NCBI GenBank assembly: GCA_028711165.1
Contig: JAQTST010000001.1
Coordinates: 232,857-296,856, forward strand
Origin: Candidatus Nanoarchaeia archaeon
GTDB lineage: Archaea; Nanobdellota; Nanobdellia; Pacearchaeales; GW2011-AR1
Length of the DNA stretch: 64,000 nt
Direction: 5' to 3'
Part shown: in pieces, positions 30,475-39,245 of the stretch
Layout of the letters: each line of letters begins with the position of its first letter
Position numbering within the stretch: the first letter of the stretch is position 1
Notes under the pieces: model-generated
What the model was told of the DNA's origin: nothing
Database searches by the model: none
Seen by the model: only the letters and a program-made list of their open reading frames with translations
Translations under genes and position numbers: made by a program

Positions 30475-30996
30475 TTATTTGACAAACATAATTTTTCCTT
30501 TTTTCTTTCTCACCAAAATAAATCCTACTATAAACAAGATTACTGCAATTATTATAAGAATTGCTTTTGAGTAGACAAAGAGACTAAGAACAATCAGCAA
30601 TCCTCCGAGAACAAAAAGAGAATTTGTTTTTAGTTTTATTATTAAAAATATAATCGCCCCAAGAATTAGGAGAGGAACTATTGTCATTATTGTGCTTTCT
30701 GAAATTCCTGCGTCAAAAAACACGGCGCCGATATCATATCCCGATTTATTTATTCCGTAGACACTAAGAAAAGCAATTACTGCTGCAATTATTGTCGCGA
30801 CAGGAGTGTTCTCTTTAAACATTGATTTACTTAAAGCGAAAAATACTGCTGCAAAAATTATTATGAATATTCCTGATAAAACAATTGTTGATTCATCGAG
30901 GGTATTCAGCAAATCGCTGAGCAAATCCTGCGCGCTGACAAAATTTATCGCGAAGAGAAAGATAAAAATTGATAGTATTAATGCCCCCTTTTTCAT
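30475..30996 (-). CDS. Multi-pass membrane protein
   Basis: Signal peptide plus about 5 TM helices. Confidence 0.7.
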   Translation of the reverse strand: MKKGALILSIFIFLFAINFVSAQDLLSDLLNTLDESTIVLSGIFIIIFAAVFFALSKSMFKENTPVATIIAAVIAFLSVYGINKSGYDIGAVFFDAGISESTIMTIVPLLILGAIIFLIIKLKTNSLFVLGGLLIVLSLFVYSKAILIIIAVILFIVGFILVRKKKGKIMFVK

Positions 30997-31046
30997 TCTA
31001 TGGATAGAATAATTACGTTTATAAATTTTGTTGGTTTTTCTTTCTT

Positions 31047-31892
31047 ATGAATGTAAAATCTTTTGATGTCCTCGGGAATATTGCAATTGTAAGATTCCCT
31101 GAGAAATTTAGTCCCGGAAACAAGAAAAAATTTGCCGAGAAAATTCTGAAGGAAAATAAAGGAATAAGAACGATTCTCGAGAAAAGGGAAAAAATTAAAG
31201 GAAGACTTAGAAAATTGTCGACGAATTTTATTGCAGGGGAAAACACAAAGGAAGTTTTGTATCGGGAAAATGATTGTGTTTTCAGATTTAATGTTGATGA
31301 AACTTATTTTTCCCCGAGGCTGAGCAATGAGCGAAAAGAGATTGCTGATAAAATCAAGAAGAATGAAACTGTCTTGGTGATGTTTGCAGGAGTCGCTCCT
31401 TTTTCGATTGTGATTGCAAAGAAATCAAAAGCAAAAAAAGTTTATTCAAACGAAATAAACCGCGAGGCGAACAAATATGCTGAGATGAATATCAAAATGA
31501 ATAAGCTGAAAGACAAGGTTATAATTGTTCCTGGCGATGCGAAAAAAATTCATGAGAAATTTGCAACTTCGTTCGCCAAGCCCACCCGCCCGCCCAAGGG
31601 GGAACAAATTAGTACTCGCGAAGTTGTTCCTTCTAAATTTGATGTCATTGTTATGCCCCGCCCGCAACTGAAAGATACTTTTCTGAAAGAAGCATTTGTT
31701 TTATCAAAAAAAGGAACCAGAATTTATTATTATGATTTCTGCAAGGTTGAAGATATTGATTTTGTCGTCGAGAAAATAAAAAACGAGGCAGAGAAATCAA
31801 AAAAGAAAATAAAGATTTTGAATGTGAAACGGGCAGGGGAAATTGCTCCTTACAAAACTAGATTGAGGGTTGATTTTGTGGTTTTGAATTAA
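31047..31892 (+). CDS. Trm5/Taw2 (Met10+-like) tRNA methyltransferase carrying a 26-aa in-frame insert
   Basis: FDVLGNIA, YFSPRLSNER, MFAGVAPF and NEIN motifs. Confidence 0.88.
   Translation: MNVKSFDVLGNIAIVRFPEKFSPGNKKKFAEKILKENKGIRTILEKREKIKGRLRKLSTNFIAGENTKEVLYRENDCVFRFNVDETYFSPRLSNERKEIADKIKKNETVLVMFAGVAPFSIVIAKKSKAKKVYSNEINREANKYAEMNIKMNKLKDKVIIVPGDAKKIHEKFATSFAKPTRPPKGEQISTREVVPSKFDVIVMPRPQLKDTFLKEAFVLSKKGTRIYYYDFCKVEDIDFVVEKIKNEAEKSKKKIKILNVKRAGEIAPYKTRLRVDFVVLN
31557..31641. repeat. Family A element inside CDS with 7-bp direct repeat AAATTTG
   Basis: AAATTTG at 31557 and 31635 (78 bp apart); arms CAACTTCG / CGAAGTTG; CCCACCCGCCCGCCC at 31581. Confidence 0.9.
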
Positions 31893-32578
31893 TGTTTTTT
31901 ATTCTTCTTTTCAATTTCTTTTCTCTTTTCTTTTGCTCTTTCTCTAATACTTCTCCCCCATTCATATAACCCGCTTGCGATATTTGCCCCAATTTGTGTT
32001 AATGCTACTGGGAGTATATATTCTGGTTTTGTAAGAGCTAAAGTAGTATACACTCCCGCACTACCAATAATTGTCCCCGAGATAGTCCATCCTCTTGTGA
32101 CATATTCTCCATAAAATGGAGTATCACCGTTATCAAAGTTAATTGCTTTTCTAAACATAGTTGGAAATAAAAGATTAACTCCAATTGTTGGGTATGTAAT
32201 CATCTTCAAAACACCCCTTACTACCTCAGGAGTATATTCTGCAATTGTTTTAATCCTATCTCCTATTTTTTGCAAATCTTCTTTGAAAACAAGCATTTCT
32301 AAACTCTTTGGCTTTTTTTCAGGTCTCTTTATTTTTTCTTTCTTGATTATTGTTTTGCCATCTTTTTTTATTATCTTTGTTTTATAATTCCTAAGGGACA
32401 GATTCATTTCACTGTTGTAGATATCAAGAACTGTTCTTAACAATTTACTCTGTCCTTTATCATTTAATCCTGATTCTGGAAAGGATTCATAACCGAGTTC
32501 ATTTAGCCCTTTAGACATATAACTTTCAGGGCATTCAATACTTGCTAAAGTTCTTTTAATATCTTCATAGGTATACAT
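31889..32578 (-). CDS. Hypothetical membrane-associated protein
   Basis: 229-aa ORF with hydrophobic C-terminal segments. Confidence 0.6.
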   Translation of the reverse strand: MYTYEDIKRTLASIECPESYMSKGLNELGYESFPESGLNDKGQSKLLRTVLDIYNSEMNLSLRNYKTKIIKKDGKTIIKKEKIKRPEKKPKSLEMLVFKEDLQKIGDRIKTIAEYTPEVVRGVLKMITYPTIGVNLLFPTMFRKAINFDNGDTPFYGEYVTRGWTISGTIIGSAGVYTTLALTKPEYILPVALTQIGANIASGLYEWGRSIRERAKEKRKEIEKKNKKH

Positions 32579-32632
32579 AGAAATCTTCTACCAATCTATT
32601 TTATAAATCTTTCTTTTGTAGTCACTTGAAAA

Positions 32633-33802
32633 TTATAACTTCAGATATTCAACTTCGTCGTCGTCTAATTTGAGCTCTTTCTGAATTTCGGGGTTTGATT
32701 TGATAACTTGTTTTATTACGGGGAATTCATACATCGCGCGTTTCTGGCTGACATGAACATACTGGGCGTATTTCTGGCAGATTGTTTTTTTGTGAACTGT
32801 CTTCTGATTATTGAGCCAAATCTGCAAAATTCTTGAAGGTCTTTTGTAGCTTGTAAATCCTGTTTTTGCAGTTTTTTTGGCAGATGCAATTCCATAACTG
32901 AGAAAAATATTTTCATAGACGAGAAATCTCCAATACTGCTGCTTGTAAATTCTTCCCCTGAAAACATCAGTCTTGCTGAGCAAATCATAAGCTCTCGCGA
33001 GTTCTTCATTTTTGTATTCTGTGGGAATATTTTCTTCAATCCAGAGAATTATATCGTCGGTGGACATATTTACTGAATCAAAAACTCCAAGAATTTCGTT
33101 TGCAGGTTTTTCCTTGAATACTTTTTTCAGCGAACTGAAAATATCTGTCTCTTTATTTCTCTCGTCGATAATCACGGAAAAATAATCTTTTAATTTTGAT
33201 AATGCCTGCAAATCATTTATTGCTGCACGCAAATCCCCTTTTGCTTTTATTGAGACTTCTGTAATTAATTCCTCATCCATTGGCAGATTTTCTTTTTTTG
33301 CAATTTCTGAAATTATACTTTTTATCACATTATAATCAATTTCTTTTAACTGGAGAACTTCGCATTTTTTTCTTAGAGTGCTGAACTTTTTATTCCAGAT
33401 ATCATTCGCAGTAATTATAATCGGGAATGAAGTTGATTCAATTATGTTCAAAAGTTCACCTAATCCTCCGTAATCATATTCAGAAATTCCATCAACTTCG
33501 TCGACGAGAATTATTTTATCTTCTTTTTCCAAAGACATTTGCTCTGCTGCCGGCCTTAAAATATTTTTTAGTTTTTCTTTGTTTCTCAAATCAGAAGCAT
33601 TCAATTCAAATATCTCAAAATTATTTTCCTTTGCTGCTGCGTGAGCGATGCTTGTTTTTCCTGTTCCCGGCGGGCCGTGCAAAAGAAGTGCATTTTTTTT
33701 CTTCCCGAAATTTTTCAAGAATTCTCTTATCTTAAAAACAGCCTCATTCTGTCCTTTTATCTCTTCCAAGGTTTTCGGGCGGTATTTTTCTGTCCAGGGC
33801 AT
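32633..33802 (-). CDS. rfcL: Replication factor C large subunit
   Basis: [27 protein letters not shown] and GDLRAAINDL motifs. Confidence 0.95.
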   Translation of the reverse strand: MPWTEKYRPKTLEEIKGQNEAVFKIREFLKNFGKKKNALLLHGPPGTGKTSIAHAAAKENNFEIFELNASDLRNKEKLKNILRPAAEQMSLEKEDKIILVDEVDGISEYDYGGLGELLNIIESTSFPIIITANDIWNKKFSTLRKKCEVLQLKEIDYNVIKSIISEIAKKENLPMDEELITEVSIKAKGDLRAAINDLQALSKLKDYFSVIIDERNKETDIFSSLKKVFKEKPANEILGVFDSVNMSTDDIILWIEENIPTEYKNEELARAYDLLSKTDVFRGRIYKQQYWRFLVYENIFLSYGIASAKKTAKTGFTSYKRPSRILQIWLNNQKTVHKKTICQKYAQYVHVSQKRAMYEFPVIKQVIKSNPEIQKELKLDDDEVEYLKL

Positions 33803-33822
33803 TTTACTTGTTAATCCTCTAG

Positions 33823-33886
33823 AAATTTTGTTCGGTAAGCCCATCCTTCCGCCCAAGCGGAAATTAAGTTAGTCCTCACAAAATTT
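33823..33886. repeat. Family A element at gene junction
   Basis: AAATTTTGT / ACAAAATTT arms; degenerate CCCATCCTTCCGCCC core; supplies the upstream gene's stop codon. Confidence 0.75.
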
Positions 33887-34228
33887 TTCCTCCTTTCTTA
33901 TCGGTTCACAACCGTTAAAGTAAATTTCATTCGGTTCAATTTTTTTAATTATCTTGTATAATCCTTTAGTCCATACTTCTTCACCAAAAATAAAATGAGT
34001 GTACTCAGTTATTATTATGCTTGCAAGAGGATCTGATAACTTCTGATTTCCTTCTGTCTTTACTAATGGAATCTCCCCCCTTAAATAATAAATTCTTTGC
34101 CCTTTTTTTAAAAAATTATATTCTTTTCCTGTTTCTAATTCTTCGGGGAGACATTCTTCTAACTTTCTGTCTAATGTTCCAAATTTCCTTAACGCTAAAT
34201 CCGGATTAAATTCAACCTGAATTCCCAT
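33869..34228 (-). CDS. Hypothetical protein inserted between rfcS and rfcL
   Basis: 119-aa ORF MGIQVEFNPDLALR. Confidence 0.7.
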   Translation of the reverse strand: MGIQVEFNPDLALRKFGTLDRKLEECLPEELETGKEYNFLKKGQRIYYLRGEIPLVKTEGNQKLSDPLASIIITEYTHFIFGEEVWTKGLYKIIKKIEPNEIYFNGCEPIRKEEKFCED

Positions 34229-34229
34229 T

Positions 34230-35195
34230 TTACTCCTTCCCTAATCCTGCTAAAACGAATGATGCAAGAAGAGCCTGCAACTGAATAAATGGGTCAGAAC
34301 CCTCGACAATCCTGAATTCTGCTTCGCCTGTTTTTTCTGTAAGTTTTACTTTTATCGTCGGCTCGACAGGAAGATTCCAGATTTCTTTCTGAATTGCTTT
34401 TATAACATCCTGCCCCGAAATGCTTTCTTTCAGCATTATGTCAAGAAGTTTTTCTTTTGCGTTTACAAAATCTCCTGCGATTGCGTAATCAAGAACAACT
34501 CTTATATCACGGGGTTTTGTGTTTGAAATTATTGTCGCGACAAGTTCAGGAGTTATCGACGGGGAAATAGATGCTGTTGACTGCAAAATGTTTATACAGC
34601 GTCGGCAATCTCCTTCGCAACCTTCATACAGCACTTCAACTGTTTCTGGATTTATTATCAACTTTTCATTTTCAGCAATTCTTATTATAACTTTTTCGAT
34701 ATCTTTTTTTTCAAGAAGCTTGAAACGGAATATTGCACAACGGGACTGGATTGGGTCTATGATTTTGCTGGAGTAGTTGCAGGACATAATAAATCGGCAG
34801 GTTGCTGAATAATTTTCCATTGTTCTTCTCAATGCCTGCTGGGCTTCCGGAGTCAAGGCATCTGCTTCATCCAGAAAAATAATTTTGAAAGGAACATTCC
34901 CGATAGATTTTGTCCTCGCGAAATTTTTTACTTTTTCCCTTACAACATTTATCCCACGTTCATCAGAAGCATTCAACTCAAGATAATTTTCTTTCCAGTT
35001 TTCTTTGTACAGTTCTTTTACAACTATTAATGCGAGAGTTGATTTCCCTATTCCTGCCGGACCTGCGAAAAGCATGTGGGGAATATTCAGCGAATTTGTC
35101 AGTGCTTCCACTCTTTTTACGGAGTTATCCTGGCCGACAATTTCAAAGAACTTAGAGGGGCGATATTTTTCAGTCCATATACTCGATGCCATCAT
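34230..35195 (-). CDS. rfcS: Replication factor C small subunit
   Basis: WTEKYRP, GPAGIGKS, LDEADAL and QSRC motifs; no intein. Confidence 0.96.
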   Translation of the reverse strand: MMASSIWTEKYRPSKFFEIVGQDNSVKRVEALTNSLNIPHMLFAGPAGIGKSTLALIVVKELYKENWKENYLELNASDERGINVVREKVKNFARTKSIGNVPFKIIFLDEADALTPEAQQALRRTMENYSATCRFIMSCNYSSKIIDPIQSRCAIFRFKLLEKKDIEKVIIRIAENEKLIINPETVEVLYEGCEGDCRRCINILQSTASISPSITPELVATIISNTKPRDIRVVLDYAIAGDFVNAKEKLLDIMLKESISGQDVIKAIQKEIWNLPVEPTIKVKLTEKTGEAEFRIVEGSDPFIQLQALLASFVLAGLGKE

Positions 35196-35254
35196 ACTTT
35201 ATTTCTATCAGAACTTATAAAGATTATTGTAATAACTTCGATTAATTTAGAATT

Positions 35255-35371
35255 TTATTTAGCTCTTTCTCTTCTCATCTTTCTCTTATGCTTTTCTTTC
35301 TTCAATCGCTTTCTCTGCCACTTCCATCTCATCTGGCGTTTCTTCTTCCATCTTCTACTTGAGCGTTTCAT
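35255..35371 (-). CDS. rpl41e: Ribosomal protein eL41 (eS32)
   Basis: 38 aa, not in ORF track: MKRSSRRWKKKRQMRWKWQRKRLKKEKHKRKMRRERAK; MRWKW motif. Confidence 0.82.
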   Translation of the reverse strand: MKRSSRRWKKKRQMRWKWQRKRLKKEKHKRKMRRERAK

Positions 35372-35408
35372 AGAAAGTGGAGATAAATTTGGTTTTTAAA
35401 GATTTTGA

Positions 35409-36014
35409 TTACCTTTTAGAATTCTTCTTTTTCCTGTCTTCTCTCAGATTTTTCATCTTCTTGTATGAGATGTATATGACTAATATTAATTCAGCGAGGA
35501 TTATCACAGGTCTTGCGAATCTGTCGAGAGAGACGAATGACGTTGCGGTTCCGAACAGCAATGCGAAAGTTCCGCCCAACATGAATCCTGTGCCGACCCA
35601 CTCGTTAAGGCTGTTCTCTTTTGCTGGCAGGAATAATCCGATGAAAATTGCAATTAATGCTAAAACTGCTGAAATGTAGAATAAGTATATGCTGTGGATT
35701 TTTTCTGCAGAAGTAAGTTCGTTCTGACAGGTGTTGCAGACATAATTTTGCGGACAATTGTTTGTGTCATAATCGGAATATTCAATGTAGCCTTTTTTCT
35801 CAGTGCATAAATCTCTGTCTGCCTGATTTATTGTTATATTCGGACAGACTACTGACGAGCCATAAAATTTGTCGGGATAATATGCATTTATATTTTTGCA
35901 AAAATCTTCGTATTGAGGAGCAGGATAAATCGCTTCGATAACTGCAAAAACAAGAACTGAGAAGAGAACAGCGACGACGAATATGATTATTATTTTTCTT
36001 ATATCCACCATCAA
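35409..36014 (-). CDS. Membrane protein with Cys-containing extracellular loop
   Basis: 4 TM helices; YPAPQYEDFC loop. Confidence 0.7.
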   Translation of the reverse strand: MMVDIRKIIIIFVVAVLFSVLVFAVIEAIYPAPQYEDFCKNINAYYPDKFYGSSVVCPNITINQADRDLCTEKKGYIEYSDYDTNNCPQNYVCNTCQNELTSAEKIHSIYLFYISAVLALIAIFIGLFLPAKENSLNEWVGTGFMLGGTFALLFGTATSFVSLDRFARPVIILAELILVIYISYKKMKNLREDRKKKNSKR

Positions 36015-36042
36015 TTATCTAAGATTATTTTATTCTTAAATC

Positions 36043-36699
36043 TTATCTATGTTTTGTTACACCAACTCTTGGACAATATTTATTTATCGGACAGGTTGAA
36101 CAAAGCGGAGAAACTGGCTGGCAGATTGTTTTTCCGAATTGGACAAAAATTGAATTGAAATCTGCCCAGTATTTTTTTGGAAGAATTTTGTTTAATTCTA
36201 TTTCTGTTTTTTCAGGAGTTTTTGTTTTAATCCAACCGAGCCGATTTGGAATTCTGTGGCAGTGCGTGTCTATCGGAAGAACTTTTTTACCGAAGGCAAA
36301 TGCCAAAACTATATTCGCTGTCTTTGGACCGATTCCTTTTATGCTCATTAATTCCTCTCTTGTTTTAGGAACTTTGCCGTCGAATCTTTCAAGCAAAACT
36401 TTTGAAACGTGCTTTAATGTTCTTGCTTTTTTTCTGTAATGCCCTGATGAGAAAATTAATTTTTCAAGTTTTCTCGTCGGAAGAGCGATAATTTCTTTTG
36501 GAGTATCTGCAACAGCAAATAATTTCTCCGACGCTATTTTGGTATTTTTGTCCTGAGTTCTTAATGATAAAAGGCAGGAGATGAGAATCTTAAATGCATT
36601 CGGATTTTTCCGCATCTTGTTCAGAGTAGTTTTGCTAGTAGGAAATTCACGCCTGAGAATGCTCATTACACTTTCAATCTTCCTGATTTGATTTTTCAT
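36043..36699 (-). CDS. nth: Endonuclease III
   Basis: GIGPKTA HhH, IDTHCHRI and C-x6-C-x2-C-x5-C Fe-S motif. Confidence 0.95.
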   Translation of the reverse strand: MKNQIRKIESVMSILRREFPTSKTTLNKMRKNPNAFKILISCLLSLRTQDKNTKIASEKLFAVADTPKEIIALPTRKLEKLIFSSGHYRKKARTLKHVSKVLLERFDGKVPKTREELMSIKGIGPKTANIVLAFAFGKKVLPIDTHCHRIPNRLGWIKTKTPEKTEIELNKILPKKYWADFNSIFVQFGKTICQPVSPLCSTCPINKYCPRVGVTKHR

Positions 36700-36931
36700 T
36701 CCACTTTGAAACTATAAAAATTCCTATTATAGAGATAACTGTTATAATAGATGCAATTATAAATTTATTTTGAAAAGGACTTGCCTCTGAAAATTTAGTT
36801 ATCCATTCTGTCAGGACATCTCTCCAGGATAAAGCAATAAGAAAACCGAATGCTGCCATTATCGCAGTAACTGCAGAATGTTTCAAGCTCATTCTCACTT
36901 TCTTAATTGTCTTTTTTGTTTTAATTTTCAT
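36674..36931 (-). CDS. Small two-TM protein (DUF5654-like)
   Basis: AAFGFLIALSWRD motif. Confidence 0.7.
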   Translation of the reverse strand: MKIKTKKTIKKVRMSLKHSAVTAIMAAFGFLIALSWRDVLTEWITKFSEASPFQNKFIIASIITVISIIGIFIVSKWNEKSNQED

Positions 36932-37497
36932 TTTATCAATTCTCCAAACGTTCTTCCTGTTATTCCTGCTGCATTTCCCTCGTCGGTATCGAGATGAAGT
37001 GATAACCTGAAATTTTCATTTGTTCTTACAATAATTTCCTGAAAGATCGTCTCTCTTTCTCCTGAAATTTTTACAGAAACTTTTTGGTTATTTTTTAATT
37101 TTAATTTTCCAGCTTCTTCAATTGAGCAATGCAAATGTCTCTTTGCGATTATGCATGGAATTTTTACCGACGATTTTGGGCCTTTAACTAAAATATTTGT
37201 CGTATTAGCCAAATCTCCTGAAACTTTTATTTTTGGCAGGGGATTTAATTTCAAATTGTAAGCGTCGGTGAGAGAAATTTCTGCCTGAGAATTTTTTCTG
37301 AACGGGCCAAGAATTCTTACATTTTCTATTTTCCTGCCTGAATTAATCAGTGTTACTTTTTCTTCAGAAGCAAATTCCCCAATCTGGGATAATTTTTTCA
37401 TAGGAGTCAGGGTTTTATTTTTTCCAAACAATTTTTCAAAATCTTTTTCTGACAAGTGAATATGCCTTGCTGAAATTTCTATTGGAATTTTTGTCAT
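36928..37497 (-). CDS. pduL: PduL-type phosphotransacylase
   Basis: SARHIHL, RILGPFR, AKRHLH and HLDTDEGNAAG motifs. Confidence 0.92.
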   Translation of the reverse strand: MTKIPIEISARHIHLSEKDFEKLFGKNKTLTPMKKLSQIGEFASEEKVTLINSGRKIENVRILGPFRKNSQAEISLTDAYNLKLNPLPKIKVSGDLANTTNILVKGPKSSVKIPCIIAKRHLHCSIEEAGKLKLKNNQKVSVKISGERETIFQEIIVRTNENFRLSLHLDTDEGNAAGITGRTFGELIK

Positions 37498-37519
37498 ATT
37501 GTTATATAGGGGATTATCT

Positions 37520-38560
37520 TTATAAAATTTTCAGAACTTTTTCAACAGCCATTTTCTCTTCGTTGGTTTTTCTAACGAAAACTTTTACTCTTGATTTTTT
37601 TGAAGAAATAATCTCTGAACTTAATTTATTTTTTTCTCTGTCCATTTCAACCCCAAAAAATGAAAGATGACGGCAAACATCTTCTCTTAACTTTTGGACA
37701 TTTTCTCCTATCTTCGCTGTGAAAATCAGATTGTCTAAACCGTTCAGAGCAGCAATATATGAGCCAATTATTTTTGTAATCTGATAAATCAGCATATCAT
37801 AAGCAAGCCTGCAATTTTTATTCTTGTTCATCCTCGACAAAATGTCTCTGAAATCGCTGAATCCTGTGAGTCCTTTTAATCCTGATTTTTCTGTCAGCAA
37901 TTCCTGAACATTATATCCTTTTTTTTCAAGGAAGAAAATTATTCCGGGGTCTATTGTTCCTGAACGCGTTCCCATAATTAATCCTTCTGACGGCGTGAAT
38001 CCCATTGTCGTGTCGATTGGTTTTTTATTGAGAATTGCAGATATGCTTGAACCAGAACCCAGATGGCAGGTTATTGTTTTTCCTTTCAAATCTCTTGAAA
38101 CATATTCGTGAGAAAGTCCGTGAAATCCGTATCTCTGTATTTCATATTTTTTTGTTATTTCTTTTGGAATTGCATAAATTTTTGCAGCGTCGGGAATTTC
38201 TGAAAAAAACATCGTGTCGAAAACCGCGTACTGCGGTTTTTTATATTTTTCACAAAGTTCAATTACCATTAATTGTCGAGGATTATGCAGAGGAGCAAAT
38301 TCTGAGAATTCTTTTATTTTCTTTTTTGTTTCTTCGTTTATCTTCGACGGTTTTTTTAAATCACCACCATGGACTACTCTGTGTGCAATAACATCTATTC
38401 CGTCTCCGTTGATTTTTTTGAAAATTTTTTCTACAGTTCTGCTGTAATCTTCTTTTGTTTTCAGCCTCTCAAAATTTTCTGAATCTTTCAAATCTAAATC
38501 TTCGAACAGACTATATTTTATGCTCGAACTTCCGACATTAAACACCAGAATTTTTTTCAT
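37520..38560 (-). CDS. ackA: Acetate/propionate kinase
   Basis: NVGSSSIKY, HRVVHGG, APLHNP, RYGFHGLSH and MGTRSGTIDP motifs. Confidence 0.96.
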   Translation of the reverse strand: MKKILVFNVGSSSIKYSLFEDLDLKDSENFERLKTKEDYSRTVEKIFKKINGDGIDVIAHRVVHGGDLKKPSKINEETKKKIKEFSEFAPLHNPRQLMVIELCEKYKKPQYAVFDTMFFSEIPDAAKIYAIPKEITKKYEIQRYGFHGLSHEYVSRDLKGKTITCHLGSGSSISAILNKKPIDTTMGFTPSEGLIMGTRSGTIDPGIIFFLEKKGYNVQELLTEKSGLKGLTGFSDFRDILSRMNKNKNCRLAYDMLIYQITKIIGSYIAALNGLDNLIFTAKIGENVQKLREDVCRHLSFFGVEMDREKNKLSSEIISSKKSRVKVFVRKTNEEKMAVEKVLKIL

Positions 38561-38655
38561 TTTAATTCTATAATAAAGGAACTTGAGATTTTAAATTTTT
38601 AGAATAGGCAAATCTTTTAAATGAAGACGAATTGTAGATTTTGTTTGATAGAAAC

Positions 38656-38708
38656 GCCCCTGTAGTCTAAGCGTCACACAGGAATGTTCGACATAGACTT
38701 TTGGGGCA
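38656..38708 (+). repeat. Duplicated tRNA-Glu 5' end folded as a mini-hairpin
   Basis: GCCCCTGTAGTCTA identical to 38719; closes with TAGACT...GGGGCA. Confidence 0.75.
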
Positions 38709-38718
38709 GGAAGAATAA

Positions 38719-38944
38719 GCCCCTGTAGTCTAGAGGCCAAGGACACCACCCTCTCAAAACGCGGAAAGCGGTTTGAATGAAGATTAAAAATCTGATTTCA
38801 AAGTTATAAGAGAGGTGATCAAATCTCGATGAGAGTGGAGATCTAGCATCTCAATGCAATCTCTCGTAGAGAATAACTTCAATCGCGGACAAAATCCGCA
38901 ATTAGGGTACGGTGGTAACCCGAGTTCAAATCTCGGCGGGGGCA
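38719..38944 (+). tRNA. tRNA-Glu(CTC) with 153-nt intron (38757-38909) at 37/38
   Basis: GCCCCTG...CCACC CT CTC A|intron|C GGTGG TAAC CCGAG TTCAAAT CTCGG CGGGGGC A; BHB helix CTCT/AGGG. Confidence 0.9.
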
Positions 38945-39240
38945 TATTATTTGAACGAGGGGAACCCGATTCAAATCCGAGAGTTTTCACGTGGGCAAGG
39001 AAAAATTTTGTTCGCTGACTTTTTAAAAAACAATTTCGTTCGTCAATCCCGCCCACCCACCCGTTTGGGAAAAATTTGTACTCACGAAATTGTTTTGTTC
39101 CATTAGAAAAAATTAGTTCTCGCAAAATTTTTGGGAGAATGAGTGGGGGCTCGAGTTAGGCGGGGGCATCCTAATTTGTAAACAAATTCCAGCAAGCTGT
39201 CGGATGCGCGACGATTTTTTCCAAAAATCTTCGGGAGCAT
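38945..39240. repeat. Nested composite behind tRNA-Glu: B[A[A]] plus tRNA 3' end copies
   Basis: B ends 38979 and 39157; outer A 39001-39132; inner A 39027-39096; GGCGGGGGCAT repeated at 39159; degenerate CGGGAGCAT at 39232. Confidence 0.82.
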
Positions 39241-39245
39241 AATAA

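Noticed and set aside
31557..31641. BHB-type mRNA intron
   Set aside because: No convincing bulge-helix-bulge at the junctions by eye; frame preservation makes splicing unnecessary; not excluded without RNA data
21187..35195. Inteins in cdc48, polB, rfcS or rfcL
   Set aside because: Normal lengths, contiguous motifs, no intein splice or LAGLIDADG signatures
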